Counted from the first letter of the stretch, positions 37,461 to 50,752 are shown. The stretch is DNA of 64,000 nucleotides from Octopus sinensis (GCF_006345805.1 NC_043013.1:14694001-14758000), one strand, 5' to 3'. Notes: generated from the letters alone by a model not told the origin. Numbers and translations are program-made.

Positions 37461-37586
37461 GCCTATGCTGCTGGCTGCGATATAGCGATTCTTGCCAGTG
37501 ATTTCCAAAGAGTCCAAGTCATACCTGGTGTCACTCATGGTAACATCAAAGTTAGCTGTGTCGACTGTTCTACAGATACTGGCAAG
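37461..37586 (+). CDS. DMXL1/2: DmX-like protein (Rabconnectin-3 alpha) coding exon, equivalent to vertebrate exon 2
   Basis: Polypyrimidine tract ...tttctctttctctag acceptor and gtaagt donor. 126 nt, phase 0-0. Translates AYAAGCDIAILASDFQRVQVIPGVTHGNIKVSCVDCSTDTGK, matching recalled human DMXL2 AYGSGCDIVILANDFECVQIIPGAKHGNIQVSCVECSNQQGR. Confidence 0.95.
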
Positions 37587-38414
37587 GTAAGTAAAAGACA
37601 CCGACATGCATGCACACATACACATGTACACACACATACATGCACAGTCCACCTTCACTGGCATGGATGGGTTGGAAGGTTTGATAGGATCTGACCAGCC
37701 CGTGGGTTGTGTTGGTCCCCAATGTCTGGTTTAGCAGATGCTTTTCCTAATGCCCACCACTTTACAGAGTGTACTGAGTATTTTTTTTGTGGTACCAGCA
37801 CTAATGTCCAATATATATTGAATGTTACCTATGAGTGTTGTCTATCACATAGACTGTTCGTTAGCCAAGACTAAAGGACAACTATCTACCCTTGAAGTGA
37901 GTTAGTCACTGCTAGGTACCAGCTTGGTATTTACCACTGTAGTAAAGAGTCAGCCTGTTATTTGATGAGGATGGTTTTTAGTTGTCACCAACTACTCTTA
38001 CTTCAAAAAATTTGAAGAAACAGTAAGATGGAACGTACACCTCTTTTTATACTGGACAACTAGATACAGATAGTAACAGGTATTAGGAATTCTGAAATTT
38101 TTTGAAATGACTGTATTTAATGAAATAAAAATAAAAATTTGCTAACAGAAAGTTAACAAATTCCAGGGCCATTTAACCTATTTCCACTTAAACTGACCAT
38201 ATCCAGCCAAAATATTGTACCTGTTTTATGTTCAAACTGGTCAGCTGTGGCTTCTCACAACAACCCTACAATATCATTCTAAAAATTGAGTTACCTCATC
38301 AAAATCTCAAAGTTAGAAAGTAATGCATGATTAATACAAAACAGTGTGAATATATAACCATTACTTTTGACAAAATAATGTGAATGCTAAGGGGTTGAAG
38401 AGTAATATATAAGA

Positions 38415-38865
38415 TCATCATTTAATGTCTGCTCTCCATGCTGTCATGGGTTGGATGGTTTGACATAGAGCTGGCTAGTAGGGAGCTGTCCAGACTTCAA
38501 CTGTTTGTTGTGGCATGGTTTCTATGGCTGGATGCCCTTCCTAATGCCAACCTCTTTACAGAGTGTGCTGGATGCTTTTTACGTGCCACTGGTACATTAC
38601 TGCATTTATGCAGCTCTGGCACAGGTGCTTTTTAAGTGGCACCAGCATCTGAAAGGACAAGCTTGTAAGTGTGGAAGACAGCGATTTTACTTAGCTTGAC
38701 ATGACTTATCAAGTACAGAAAATCACCACATCTCCCAGTTCCTTGTCATTTCCTCAGTGGGACCCCAGCATTCGAAAATCCTTTCTCATCACTTCGTCCC
38801 ATGTTTTCCTGGTTCTACCGCTTCCGCAGGTTCCCTCCACAATTAGAGCTCAGCACTTTATGCAA
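38415..38865 (-). mobile_element. RTE LINE type 2: ORF end plus 3'UTR
   Basis: Minus strand IVEGTCGSGRTRKTWDEVMRKDF...QAK* running into the (GAT)n-tailed UTR. Confidence 0.8.
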
Positions 38866-39869
38866 CTGATATATGTATATATATGTGTGTGTGGGTATAT
38901 ATATATATTATTCTGAATAGACAAAAATCTCTGGAGTTTAGATAAAACATATTTATAGAAGTCTATTATCTTAATGCATGACAAGTGTATATGAAAAATC
39001 CCTAGTTAATTACCTATAACCCTAATAACCTAGAAGCTAAAGAGATTGCATCTGCACTCAAATAGATGATTGGATAGAATCCATGACCCCCTGCCTGCCT
39101 CACATCACATCTAAGGATAATAGGGATAATTTCACTGATCACCCTAGCTGTGTGAGTTGACCAATTCTCCAAAAACAGATTTAGGCGTAGTTAGTCAGAA
39201 AATCTTTGGTCCTGTTACTCTTAAACTTAAGAAAGTGGTTCAACTCCAGTTATGGAATAATGGCTTGTCAATCACAGAATGACTTCTTAATATCTACGGT
39301 AAAAATAAGTGTAGTATTTTCAGGTCATTATTACAGACTTTTATCCCTCTATCCACCAAGCCACTACTGTTACAAGCTTTAGCCTTCACCAGTGCTATAG
39401 TATCCATTGTCTGCAAGCAAGAATTTTTTTTTTTTATCGGGATAAAAAAGCAAATGAAAAGAATTTTAATGTAATTATGGGTATTTCTGATGGGGCAGAA
39501 GTGTGTGAAGTCATTAGTTTGTGTTTTTGAAATTTGTTGTGTAAAAGGTTCCTGATGTTGACAGATTAAGTAAACATTAAAACAATGATGAGGATTTATT
39601 TAAAAGATGTTCATGAACCCAGGCAGTACAGCTTTGCTCCATATGGGCAAGATATTTAATTCCTGAGAGTGCACCACTCAACGGGTAGTCGGTGCTATGA
39701 TTTTAGATCTATATGAATTACTGAGGTGAGAAAAATGAACTTCAAATATGCTTAATGAAGAAAATAATGAATATTTACCTCATGGGACATCTAGTTCTTT
39801 TCATGACTGTTTGCTTTGTCAGCTGTTGTTGAACCTAAAAACCATTGCTTGTTTAACTACACATATTAT

Positions 39870-40081
39870 TACAGTAATCCCTTGACAATACCGGGTGTTA
39901 GGTTTCAAAATCCCCTGCGATAAGTGAAAATCCGTGAAGCAGAAATAGTACTGTATTTTTTTTTAATAATTTGTATTTATTTATCTTTTTATAAATGCAA
40001 TACAACACCACGGAGGAATTGGCATAAGCTTAAATAATAAACCGTAATAGGTGAACCGCAACATGGCAAGAGATTACTTTA
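39870..40081. mobile_element. pogo/Tigger-like MITE
   Basis: TA-CAGTAATCCC...degenerate GAGATTACTT-TA termini. Confidence 0.65.
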
Positions 40082-40395
40082 TTATCATTATGTAGGGACA
40101 GTAAAATCCAATTTGTGTCCTCTTGAAGCACCTCTGCTTATTTCAGAATTACAATCTAGTATGCAGTTGTATTGATGTGAGGTACATATATTAGAGTTGG
40201 AAATTCTGGAAATAGTATTTGCAGAGTTATTATATGCTAAAACAGGAAGCTGAAAATTTTTTTTAGTATTATTTATTCACCAAGCAAATGAAACGTGTCT
40301 AATGTGAATATATAATACTCCAAAATTTTTTCCAGTTTCCTGTTTTGTTTTATATATGTGTGTGCATGTGAATGTGTTTTTGTCAGGATACATTT

Positions 40396-40700
40396 TAATA
40401 ATGATAATAATAATAATAATAATAATATCAATAGTATTAATAGTAATGCTAATAATGGTTTCAGCTTTCAGGGTCAATAAATTAAGTACCAGTTGTGTAC
40501 TGGAGTTGATCTGATTGACTGCACACCCCCCTCCCCACCTTCCAAAAATTTCAGGCTTTGTGCCTAGAGTAGAAAAGAATAATGGTTCCAGCTTTTGGCT
40601 GAAGGTAAGCAATTTCAGGGGAAGGAGTAAATTGATTTCATCGACCCTGGCAGCATTTGAACCCAGAATGTAAATATTAGGAAGAAATGCCACTAAGCAT
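40396..40700. repeat. Local direct duplication, copy 2
   Basis: Aligns with 36817-37096, including the long identical run caatttcaggggaaggagtaaattgatttcatcgaccctggcagcatttgaacccagaatgtaaatattaggaaga. Confidence 0.85.
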
Positions 40701-41211
40701 ATAAAGACAGTTTAGTACTAGACTGAAAAATCACTCAATACTTTTTAATAGAATACACGTTTAAGCTTTTGCAGGAGGTGACAGTGACTTGAAGTTTCAG
40801 CCACACATGGTTGTGTGTTTAAGAAGTTTCTTAACCACATGGTTTTGGGTTCCATACCACTACGTGACATCTTGGGTGTCTTCTAATACATCCCCAAGTT
40901 AACCAAATCCTTATATGTAGATTTGGTAGATGGAGACTGAATGAAGCCCATCATGTATTTGTGTGTTTTGTGTCTCCTTATCTTGACATTGTGTGATTGT
41001 AGTAAATGAGTGCCACTGTCCTACAAGCAGTGTCATTCATTCCCAATATTCCGTGAAAACCTGTCTGACCATGGGGCAATATTACCTTGCTTGGAAACAG
41101 GTTAGAGTTGGTAACATGAAGGGCACCAAGCATTAGAAAATTTTTGCTTAAATTAAACTCTGTTTTACCCATGCAAGCATACAAAAGTGGATGTTGAAGT
41201 GATGATACTGA

Positions 41212-41258
<47 letters not shown>

Positions 41259-41261
<3 letters not shown>

Positions 41262-41648
41262 TCTTTTACTTGTTTCAGTCATTTGACTGCGGCCACGCTG
41301 GAGCACCGCCTTTAGTCGATCAAATCGACCCCGGGACTTATTCTTTGTAAGCCCAGTACTTATTCTATCGGCCTCTTTTGCGGAACCGCTAAGTGACGGG
41401 GACGTAAACACACCAGCATCGGTTGTCAAGCAATGCTAGGGGGACAAACACAGTCCCCCCCCCACACACATATATATATATATATACGACAGGCTTCTTT
41501 CAGTTTCCGTCTACCAAATCCACTCACAAGGCATTGGTCGGCCCGGGGCTATAGCAGAAGACACTTGCCCAAGATGCCACGGAGTGGGACTGAACCCGGA
41601 ACCATGTGGTTGGTTAGCAAGCTACTTACCACACAGCCACTCCTGCGC
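41259..41648 (-). mobile_element. Full-length SINE family A
   Basis: Complete head to tail, CpGs largely retained. Confidence 0.9.
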
Positions 41649-42577
41649 CTATATATATATATATGTATGTATGAGTGTGTATGTATGTATATGTGTGTAT
41701 AAACAGCAGTTGGTGACATCACAAGTGGTTGGTATGTACATCATCCAGAAGCAAAAGAATGAAGCAGTTACTTTATATATCACTGAGAAAGTGTATATGT
41801 GTGTGTATATATATATATAGATAGATAGATTGATAGATGTGTATATATATATTTATGATTCACTACTTTGAACAATGTCTTATAAAAGCTAGCTAAAAAG
41901 AATACAAAAAAAAACCCCTGATGCCATGTCATGTCTTGCATACGAAACTATTGATTTTATTTATATTGGCTTTTTTTCCTTTTTAGTCCTGAAATAAAAT
42001 GTCCCTCTCTCCAATTTTATATTGTCATGACAAGAGAAATAATAATAATACTGCTGTTGCTGATAATTTGTATGGGGGGGGGGGCAACAGGGCAACATAT
42101 GAGGTGGGGGGGAGGCAACAAAGAGACATGTGAAGTGTGTGATTTACCTAGAATGGAATGGTTAATCATCATCATCATCATCATCATTTAACGTCCGTTT
42201 TCCATGCTAGCATGGGTTGGACGGTTCGGCCGGGGTCTGGCAAGCCATGGAGGCTGCACCAGGCTCTGGTCTGATTTGGCAGAGTTTCTACAACTTGATG
42301 GCCTTCCTAACGCCAACCACTCCGTGAGTGTAGTGGGTGCTTTTTACGTGCCACCGGCACGGGGGCCAGAGCAGGCTGGCAAACAGCCACGATCGGTTGG
42401 TGCGTTTACGTGTCACCGACACGGACGCCAGTCAGGTGGCGCTGGTGTCTGCCACGTTCAGACCGTGCCTTTTTACGTGTCACCGGCACGGGTGTCTACA
42501 CAAACGTGTGTGTTCTTTTATGTATATAATGTTATGTGATAATCATTTATTTACCTGTTATATATTTTTGTTTCCAG

Positions 42578-42649
42578 ATTGCAGCCTCTTACCAAAATAA
42601 GGTCTATATATTTGAACCAACACCTCTACTTCAACATGAAAGCTCTCAT
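42578..42649 (+). CDS. DMXL1/2: DmX-like protein coding exon, equivalent to exon 3
   Basis: tttttgtttccag acceptor and gtaagt donor. 72 nt, phase 0-0. IAASYQNKVYIFEPTPLLQHESSH vs recalled human IAASYGNAVCIFEPLGINSHKRNC. Confidence 0.95.
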
Positions 42650-42847
42650 GTAAGTACCAACTCTACACTTCAAGATTTTTGCAGCACTTTTAACAACTCC
42701 TTTCCATGTTTGTACAAATGTTCTTATAATTCCCTTTTCTCATCCTTTCAGCTTGCTTGTTTATCTCAGTTAAAAATATTTCTATCTGCTCAGTTATGAA
42801 AACTGCTTTTTTAGTCATTATATATTTTCAATTATCAGTATATATAT

Positions 42848-43130
42848 AAAATTTAGATTCAGATGAATATGGTACTTAAGTCAAAGGCACCACAATTGTG
42901 TATGGTATTATCCATATAAATCCATGGAGTGATTATAATCAAACTAAGCAACAAGTATATCCGAGGTAATGTGGTACGATCGTTTCATGGTACTTCATTT
43001 TATTAAACACTGTAAGTATTACATCAGTTTTAAAATGTCGAGCAATCTTCAGCCACTTATAGAAATTTTCCAGTCAAACGGACAATGCACATTCTTATCT
43101 CTATTTCGTTTGCCAACATTATAAAAAGGG
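42848..43130 (-). mobile_element. Hammerhead-containing repeat, copy 2 (DMXL intron, antisense)
   Basis: Aligns with 1870-2158, flanked by (TA)n. Minus strand AAGUGG-CUGAAGA...GAAAC-GAUC-GUA-CCACAUU; the stem II closing pairs are degraded. Confidence 0.7.
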
Positions 43131-43164
43131 TATATATATGTATATATATATACATATATATACC

Positions 43165-43205
<41 letters not shown>

Positions 43206-43286
43206 GACTGGGAGTAGGGGATCATTATCTTCCTTTACTAAAAAGATCTCAGGAAAAGTCTTGAGAAGAGGCTGCTAATTATAACA

Positions 43287-43482
43287 GGAGAAACCACAAA
43301 TTTTATTAGGTAAAGCTACAAATTTTATGGAGAGCAGTCACATATTTTCTGGAGTGAAGCTACAGATTTTAGCATCTGAAGCCACGGATTTCGATAAGGA
43401 AAGGCCACAAATTTTATAGGGAGAAACTACATATCTAATGGGGCAAAACCAAAAATTTAAGGGTTGAAACCATGAATTTCAT
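43287..43482. repeat. Degenerate 21-23 bp minisatellite, nine units
   Basis: Consensus about GG(A/G)GAAA(C/G)CYACAAATTTTAT. Confidence 0.8.
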
Positions 43483-43579
43483 AATGTGATTCATGTATTA
43501 TACATAATGTATGTATACTATTCTGATGCACGTTACTGCAGTTTTAATCCTAGATTAAATGTCTTATGGATGTTCTGCA

Positions 43580-44090
43580 GGTGTGACTGTGCGGTAAAAA
43601 GCTTGCTTCACAACCACATGGTTCTAGTTTCAATTCCACTACGTGACACCTTGGGCAAGTGTCTTCTACTCTTGCCTTGGGCCAACCAAAACCTTGTGAG
43701 TGGATTTGGTAGGTAGAAACTGAAAGAAGCCCATCATGTGTGTGTGTGAGTTTTTTTGTTTTTTTTTGTATGTGTTTGTCCACCATCATCACTTGACAAC
43801 CAGTGTTGGTGTGTTTACATCCCTGTAATTTAGCAGTTCGGCAAAAGTGGCCAATAATGCAAGTACCAGACTTCAAAAAAATAAGTACTGGGGTCGATTC
43901 ATTCAACTAAAATTCTTCAAGGTGGTGCCCCAGCATGGCCACTGTCTAATGACTGAAACAAGTATTCCCAACCACATGGTTCCGGGTTCATTCCCACTGT
44001 GTGGCACCTTGGGCAAGTGTCTACTAAAGCCTTGGGCCAACCAAAGCCTTGTGAATGGATTTGATAGATGGAAACAGAAAGAAGCCTATC
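43580..44090 (+). mobile_element. SINE family A followed by a second family A head
   Basis: Full copy to ~43960, then a repeat of the head and central domain. Confidence 0.8.
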
Positions 44091-44759
44091 ATCATCATCA
44101 TTTAAAGTCCGTTCTCCATGCTAGCATGGGTTGGATGGTTCGACTGGGGATCTGGGAAGCCAAAAGGCTGCACCAGGCTCCAGTCTTATCTGACAGTGTT
44201 TCTACGGCTGGGTGCCCTTCCTAACACCAACCACTCCGTGAGTGTAGTGGGTGCTTTTTACGTGCCACCGTATATATATATATATATATATATACATATA
44301 TATAAAATGTGTGTGTGTATGTTTGTCCCCCCAACATTGCTTGATAGTTGATGTTGGTGTGTGTTTACTTTGCTGTAACTTAGCAGTTCAAAATAGAGAC
44401 CGATAAAATAAGTACTAGGCTTACAAAGAATAAGTTCTGGGGGTGAAACAAGTAAAAGAATATATATATATATATAATTTAAAATTCCATTCAATTTCTG
44501 TAATGATTAAACTAGGGTTGAACTCATAACTCAAATGTTTGCTTACAGTTTTTGTTTTTTTGCTTGTTTTTGTGTTATCATTTCTTTTCAACCAGAATCT
44601 CTCTCGTGGGGATAATGTACAAAGAGAACATGAAAGCAGACTAAAACTTAAGGGCCCCACAAGGGCTTCATCCCACCTATTTTTTTCTTTCTTTCTTGAT
44701 ATCTTTTGATGTTATTATACTTTCAATTTTTGCTGCCTTAACCCCCCAGAGCCACTATT

Positions 44760-44791
<32 letters not shown>

Positions 44792-45889
44792 CATCATCAT
44801 CGCCACCACTGTTACCACTTGCCTGTAGCCTTCTACAACAATGAAATGAAAGACATGATTATTATAGTCCAGACACAAGGAAGTTTCTTTGTCTCACACC
44901 TTAGAACAGCAACACACATACACACACTTTCTCTTCTTCTGTCCCTTTTTCTTTCCATCTGTCTATTATGCTGCCTCATCATTTCTCTCTCTCTCTCTCT
45001 CTCTCTCTCTTTTCTCCCTTCTGTATCACAGTCTCATCATTTCTCTCTTTTTCTCCGACATCCACAATAAAGTCAATACTCATCATCATCATCATTTAAT
45101 GTCCATCTTCCATGCATGGGTAGGACAGCTGACAGGAGCCAGCCAGGTAGAAAACTAACCTGGATGGCAGGTAGAAAACTACCCTAGACTATTGTGTCTG
45201 TTTTGGCAGGGTTTTTGCAGATGGTTGCCCTTCCTAACACCAACCACTCTGCAGGGTGGACTCAGTGCTTTTCACATGGCACAAGCACAGGCAAGGTCAG
45301 TTTTGGCGTGATTTTTACAGCTGGATGCCCTTCCAAATGCCAACCACTTTACAGTGTGGACTGGATGCTTTTTACATGACACCAGCACTGTCAATGTCAC
45401 CAGTTAACTCACAAGACAAGGAATTATCAGAGGGGCAGGGGTATTTGAGGAGGGGAATTTATGTCAGAAGATGAAAGGTTAGAGTGTGACTGAGAGGCAG
45501 AAACAGGTATCTTGCTATACCAGAGGGGGTCATTGGAGGAGGTGATCCGGTGTCAGATGAGGAAAGGTATTGACTCTATCAATTCAAAGCTGAGTTCAGA
45601 ATCAGAGGGGAACCTAAATTTTATAATTTTGTAACAAAAAATAAAATCGTCTAAGTAGTAAAAAAAAAAAAAAAAAAGGAAGGAAAAATGCCCAGCAAAA
45701 AAATTAATGGAAATAGTCGTTAATTTTGACAACTCAAATTTGTCAAGCGCTAATTAGATAGAATAATTAATACTTATTGAATTCCATTTCTTAATCATTC
45801 AAATTTATAGGGGAAAAAATTGATAACACAAAAAAAGAAAAAAACCCTAAGGTGTTTTAAGACTTACCAATTTGATGTTGTCAACAGAT

Positions 45890-46620
45890 TGTGGGGTAGA
45901 GAATGAGGGTGGTGGTGATTTTGGTGACAACTGTGATGGTGGTTGTGGTGGTGGCAGTGGAGGTTTTGGTGATAATGTTAGTGTTGATGATAGTGGTTTT
46001 TTGGTGGTGGTGATGGTTTTGCTTCTGGCTGTTTTAACGGTGGTGATGGTGAGAACAGTAGTGGTGGTGTTGGCATTGGTGGTAGTTTTGGTTGTAGCAG
46101 TGGAGATGGCAGTGGCTGGGGAGCAATGATGGTGATTGGGGTGGGTGAGATGACAGTGGTAGAGGTAGGTGGTGGTGATAATTTCGATTTAGGTTGTTGT
46201 GGCTGTGGTAGTAGTGGTGTTTGGTGGTGCTGTATCTGTTGGGTAGGTATGGTCATGGTGGTGGTAGTAACCTAGTAACTGTTGTGGTAGTTATGGTGAC
46301 AGCAGTGGTCTTGGCTGAGGTGGCTTGCTGTTAATGAAGATGATGGTGGTGGTGGTGATAGTGGAGGGTGTTGCAATGGTAATGATGGTGGTAAGGATGA
46401 GGTGGCAATGGTAGTGGTAGAAGCAATGATGGTGATAGTACAGGTGATAGTGGTCGTTGCAACAGTGGTAATGTGACAGTAGTGATGTTGGTGGTGGGAT
46501 GGTAATGGTAGTGGTGATGGTGGTGGTGGTGGTGGTGATAGTAGTGATGGTTGTGGTATGGGGGTGATGGTGGTAATGGTGGTAGTGGTGGTGGTGGTGG
46601 CAGTGACAGCAGTGATGAAG
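45890..46620. repeat. (GGT/GAT/AGT)n degenerate trinucleotide tract
   Basis: Direct reading. Confidence 0.9.
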
Positions 46621-46879
46621 AAGTGTTAAAGAAGCCAGTACATTACACTCACTGCATGGATCAATAGCAGCTGTTGCTCTACTACTACACCTCTTTCTTC
46701 CCCTCTCTCTCTTTCTTTCTCTCTTTCTCTCTCTCTCTCTCTCTCGATGCTTCTAACTGATTGATTGTTCATTTCATGGATCTCAGCACATCCTTGCTGC
46801 TGCTTGTTGTTGTTGTTGTTGTTCACTGGTAGTTTCATGTTCTGCTGCAGTGTGACTACTTTTGCTGTTATTATTATAA

Positions 46880-47640
46880 CTGTAATCACCACCATCACCA
46901 TCACCACTACAGCATTACTACTACCACTACTACTACTACTACTATATTGCTAATGCCACGAACACTGTTAAATCACTAACATCATCGCCCTCCCTCTCCA
47001 CTGTTACTACTACTGCCTCACCTCTATCACCAACACTGCCACCACCATCACTACACTACAGCTTCTACTACTATCACCAGTACCACTATTATTGCCACCG
47101 TCGCCTCTAACCCCAACACTCCCCCTCCCGCCACCATCACCGGTACACTGCCAGCACCACTCCCACAAACACCACTACACCTGCATTGCCACTACCATCA
47201 CCACCACCGCCACCACTACTACCAACCACCATCACCTCCGTCAGCACAGCTACTGCACCTAACATCAATGCCAACACTTTAAGCCTCTCCACCACTCCAT
47301 CACTGATGCATCTCTTGTGGTTTCTACCTCTGCTAGAAATCACAGTTCAAATTATAACTGACCACCTTGAAAAAGAAAGGACACACTGGGCAATATAATC
47401 TTGGAAACAAGACAGGATGGTCAATGCTGGAACACCTTTGATCATAGCTATACTAAAATAGGGCTGATTTGGGGGTTAAATAACAACAGAAATACCCCTA
47501 CACTGCCAACACCACCACTGTCATCTTCACCATACCATCCTTACCACCCTTACCACTTCCATCACAACAGTTACATCATTAGCATTGCCACTACCATACC
47601 ATCATTACTGCCCCTACACCACTGCCACCGGTACCATCAT
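46880..47640. repeat. (ACC/ACT/ATC)n degenerate trinucleotide tract
   Basis: Direct reading; compositionally complementary to 45890-46620. Confidence 0.85.
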
Positions 47641-48198
47641 CATCATCATCGTTTAACGTCCGCTTTCCATGCTAGCGTGGGTTGGACGGTTTGACTGGGG
47701 TCTGGGAAGCCAGGAGGCTGCACCAGGCCCAGTCTGATCTGGTAGTGTTTCTACAGTTGGATGCCCTTCCTAACGCCAACCACTCCATGAGTGTAGTGGG
47801 TGCTTTCTACGTGCCACCGGCACAGGTGCCAGGCGAGGCTGGCAACAACCACGATCGGTTGGTGCTTTTTATGTGTCACCGGCACTGGTATTACAACTAC
47901 AATATCATTACTGCAATATCATAGTTACTCGCTCCCCCCCCCCATACCATCCTTACCCCTATACTATCCTTACTGTTGCTCCACCACCACCACCACCATA
48001 ATCACTAAACCATTATCACTGCTGAGGTCAGTTTGGGTTTTCATCCTTCAGGATTCAATTAAAATAAATACAGGGTTTGAATAAATCAATTATACCCAGG
48101 TGCAGGCATGGCTGTGTGGTAAGACGCATGCTTCCCAACCACGTGGCTCTGGGTTCAATCTCACTGTGTGGCACCTTGGGCAAGTGTCTCCTGCTATA
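47511..48198. repeat. Local duplication, copy 1 (carries an extra RTE 3'UTR insertion at 47640-47910)
   Basis: Aligns with 49712-50118 once the insertion is removed. Confidence 0.85.
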
Positions 48199-49711
48199 GC
48201 CTCAGGCCAACCAAGGCCTTGTGAGTGGATTTGATAGACGGAAACTAAAAGAAGCCTGTTGTGTGTGTGTGTGTGTGTGTGCGCGTGCCACATCTCATCA
48301 TTGTTTGTCTACATCCCTGTAACATAGTGGTCCAACAAAAGAGACTGATAGAATAAGTACTCGACTTACAATGAATAAGTCCTGGGGTCGATTTCTTTGA
48401 CTAAAAAGCCTTCTAAGGTGGTGCTCAAGCATGGCCACAATCAAATGGCTGAAACAAGTAAAAGAATAAAAGAAAGGAACTCGCCCAAAATTTATGGTTA
48501 CTCATTATATAATCTAGGATGAAAACTGCCCTGTGGGTGGTTCTCTCTTCGTATAATGTATCCTTTATTTGTTTTATGTCTCTTTTTCCATGCTAGCATG
48601 GGTTGGAGGAATATGTTATCGAAGCATTGCTTTGCAGCTAAATGCCCTTCCTTGTGTCTCTCTCTAACCCATACCTGTTTTTCATGTAAGGGATCTCTTC
48701 ATTTACATCTCTTGAAAGGCATAAGACTAGCAGATGATTTGTTGTCAGGGAGCAAATGACAGCAAGATCAGTGTCCATAACTGAACAATTTTAAGAGAAG
48801 TTCATATGTAAATAAAAAAAGAAATAAAGAAGACCTCCTTCAGTCATGAATGACTACTATGGGATTGCAGGTAGAAAGCTTCCTTCCTAAGCACAAGTTT
48901 AGACAAGGAAGACCAGCAGTTGCCCACACATAGCAGTTTTCCCTCTCCACGCCACCAATGTTATCCAAGGGAAAGGCAAAAGGGACTGATACAGCTTGGC
49001 ACCAGTAATGCTGCAACTCATTTCTATAGCTGAGTGAACTGGAGCAACGTGAAATAAAGTGTCTTGCTCAAGAACACAGCACGCAGCCCGGTCCCGGAAT
49101 TGAACTCACTACCTCATGATTATGAACCCGATGCTCTAACCACTGAGCCATGCACCTTCATGTAAACACACACACACACACATTGATACACAGGTATAAT
49201 GGCTGTAACTTGATTTCAAGCAATGCTATCGCTTGATTGTTCGCTTAAACATAAGCAACACAGATGTGGTCTTTCAATCCTACTAGAGACCTACACTCTT
49301 TTGCACAGGTGTGGTAGTGATGTTCATTACAGCGGATGTTCATTGAGCTTACCATCCATACTGACACATACCTTTATTCTATCATGAGATTTTCCATTGA
49401 GTGTTTTATCATGTTTGATGACAGCTAGCCATAGTAGGCAACATGCCATAGAGACATGCCTGAAGCTGTTTAAAATGAAGAAAGACCTTGCACAGGACTA
49501 ACCCCACTCTCTAAACAGCATATGCATTTTCCCAGAAAGAAGAACTAGTCTATATTATTGGATGCAAATGAAGTCACAGGTCTTATATACATCCATACAA
49601 TCATTTATATATAAATCAATGGACTTCTTTCAGTTTTTGTGTACCAAATCCATTCACATGGCTTTGGTCGGCCGAGGACACTTACTCAATATACAACACA
49701 TTTGGACTGAA

Positions 49712-50118
49712 TACCACCACTGTCATCATCACCATACCATCCTTAACACTTGCTTCACAACAGTTACATCATTAGCATCACCACTACCATACCATCGTTA
49801 CTGCCCCTGCACCACTGCCGCCGGTACCATCACTGCAATATCATAATTACTCGTTCCCTCCATACCATCCTTACTCCTATACTATCCTTACTGTTACTCC
49901 ACCACCATCACCATAATCACTAAACCATTATCACTGCTGAGGTCAGTTTGGGTTTTCATCCTTCAGGACTCAATTAAAATAAATACAGGGTTTGAATAAA
50001 TCAATTACACCCAGGTGCAGGCATGGCTGTGTGGTAAGAAGCTTGCTTCTTAACCACATGGCTCTGGGTTCAATCTCACTGTGTGACACCTTGGGCAAGA
50101 TTCTTCTGCAATAACCTC
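49712..50118. repeat. Local duplication, copy 2 (empty site)
   Basis: ccggtaccatca|ctgcaatatc is contiguous here. Confidence 0.85.
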
Positions 50119-50752
50119 ATTCAGGTGTTACATACATTCATACAATCAGTTATATAAAAATTAATGGTCTTCTTTCAGTTTCTATGTACCAAATCCACTC
50201 ACAAGGCTTTGGTTGGTCTAGGATACTCAATATACAACACATTCGGACCGAACCTAAAGCCACATAGCCCCTTCTGCAGCTATGCAGCCATGCCTGTTCC
50301 TTTGTTATTTTTGCCTTTTTTGTGAGATAATACCCAAGTTGATATTGGTTTATAACCTTTGTAACTATGGTAGATGTTATTATATATTATATAATGATAT
50401 TGACATTAATATCATTGTCATTCTAACATCTATTTTTCCATGCTTGCCTGATTCAGATGAGATTTGATGAGACAAAATTTCTTTGGCTAGATTCTCTTCT
50501 TGTCATCAGCTCTTACTTGTTTCCAAGCAAGCTAGTATTTCCTCTCATCCAGACATGTCTTCATGGAAGGCTGCAATAATCACAGCTTGTATAAAATTTA
50601 TTTACAATAAATGTACAATGTCAAGATAAGGACGGACACACCCACACACACACAATGAGCTTTCTTTAGCTGTTCTACCTATCAAATTTGAATAACACCT
50701 GCATTTAACTCCATTTATATATATATATAAATTATATATATATATATATACA

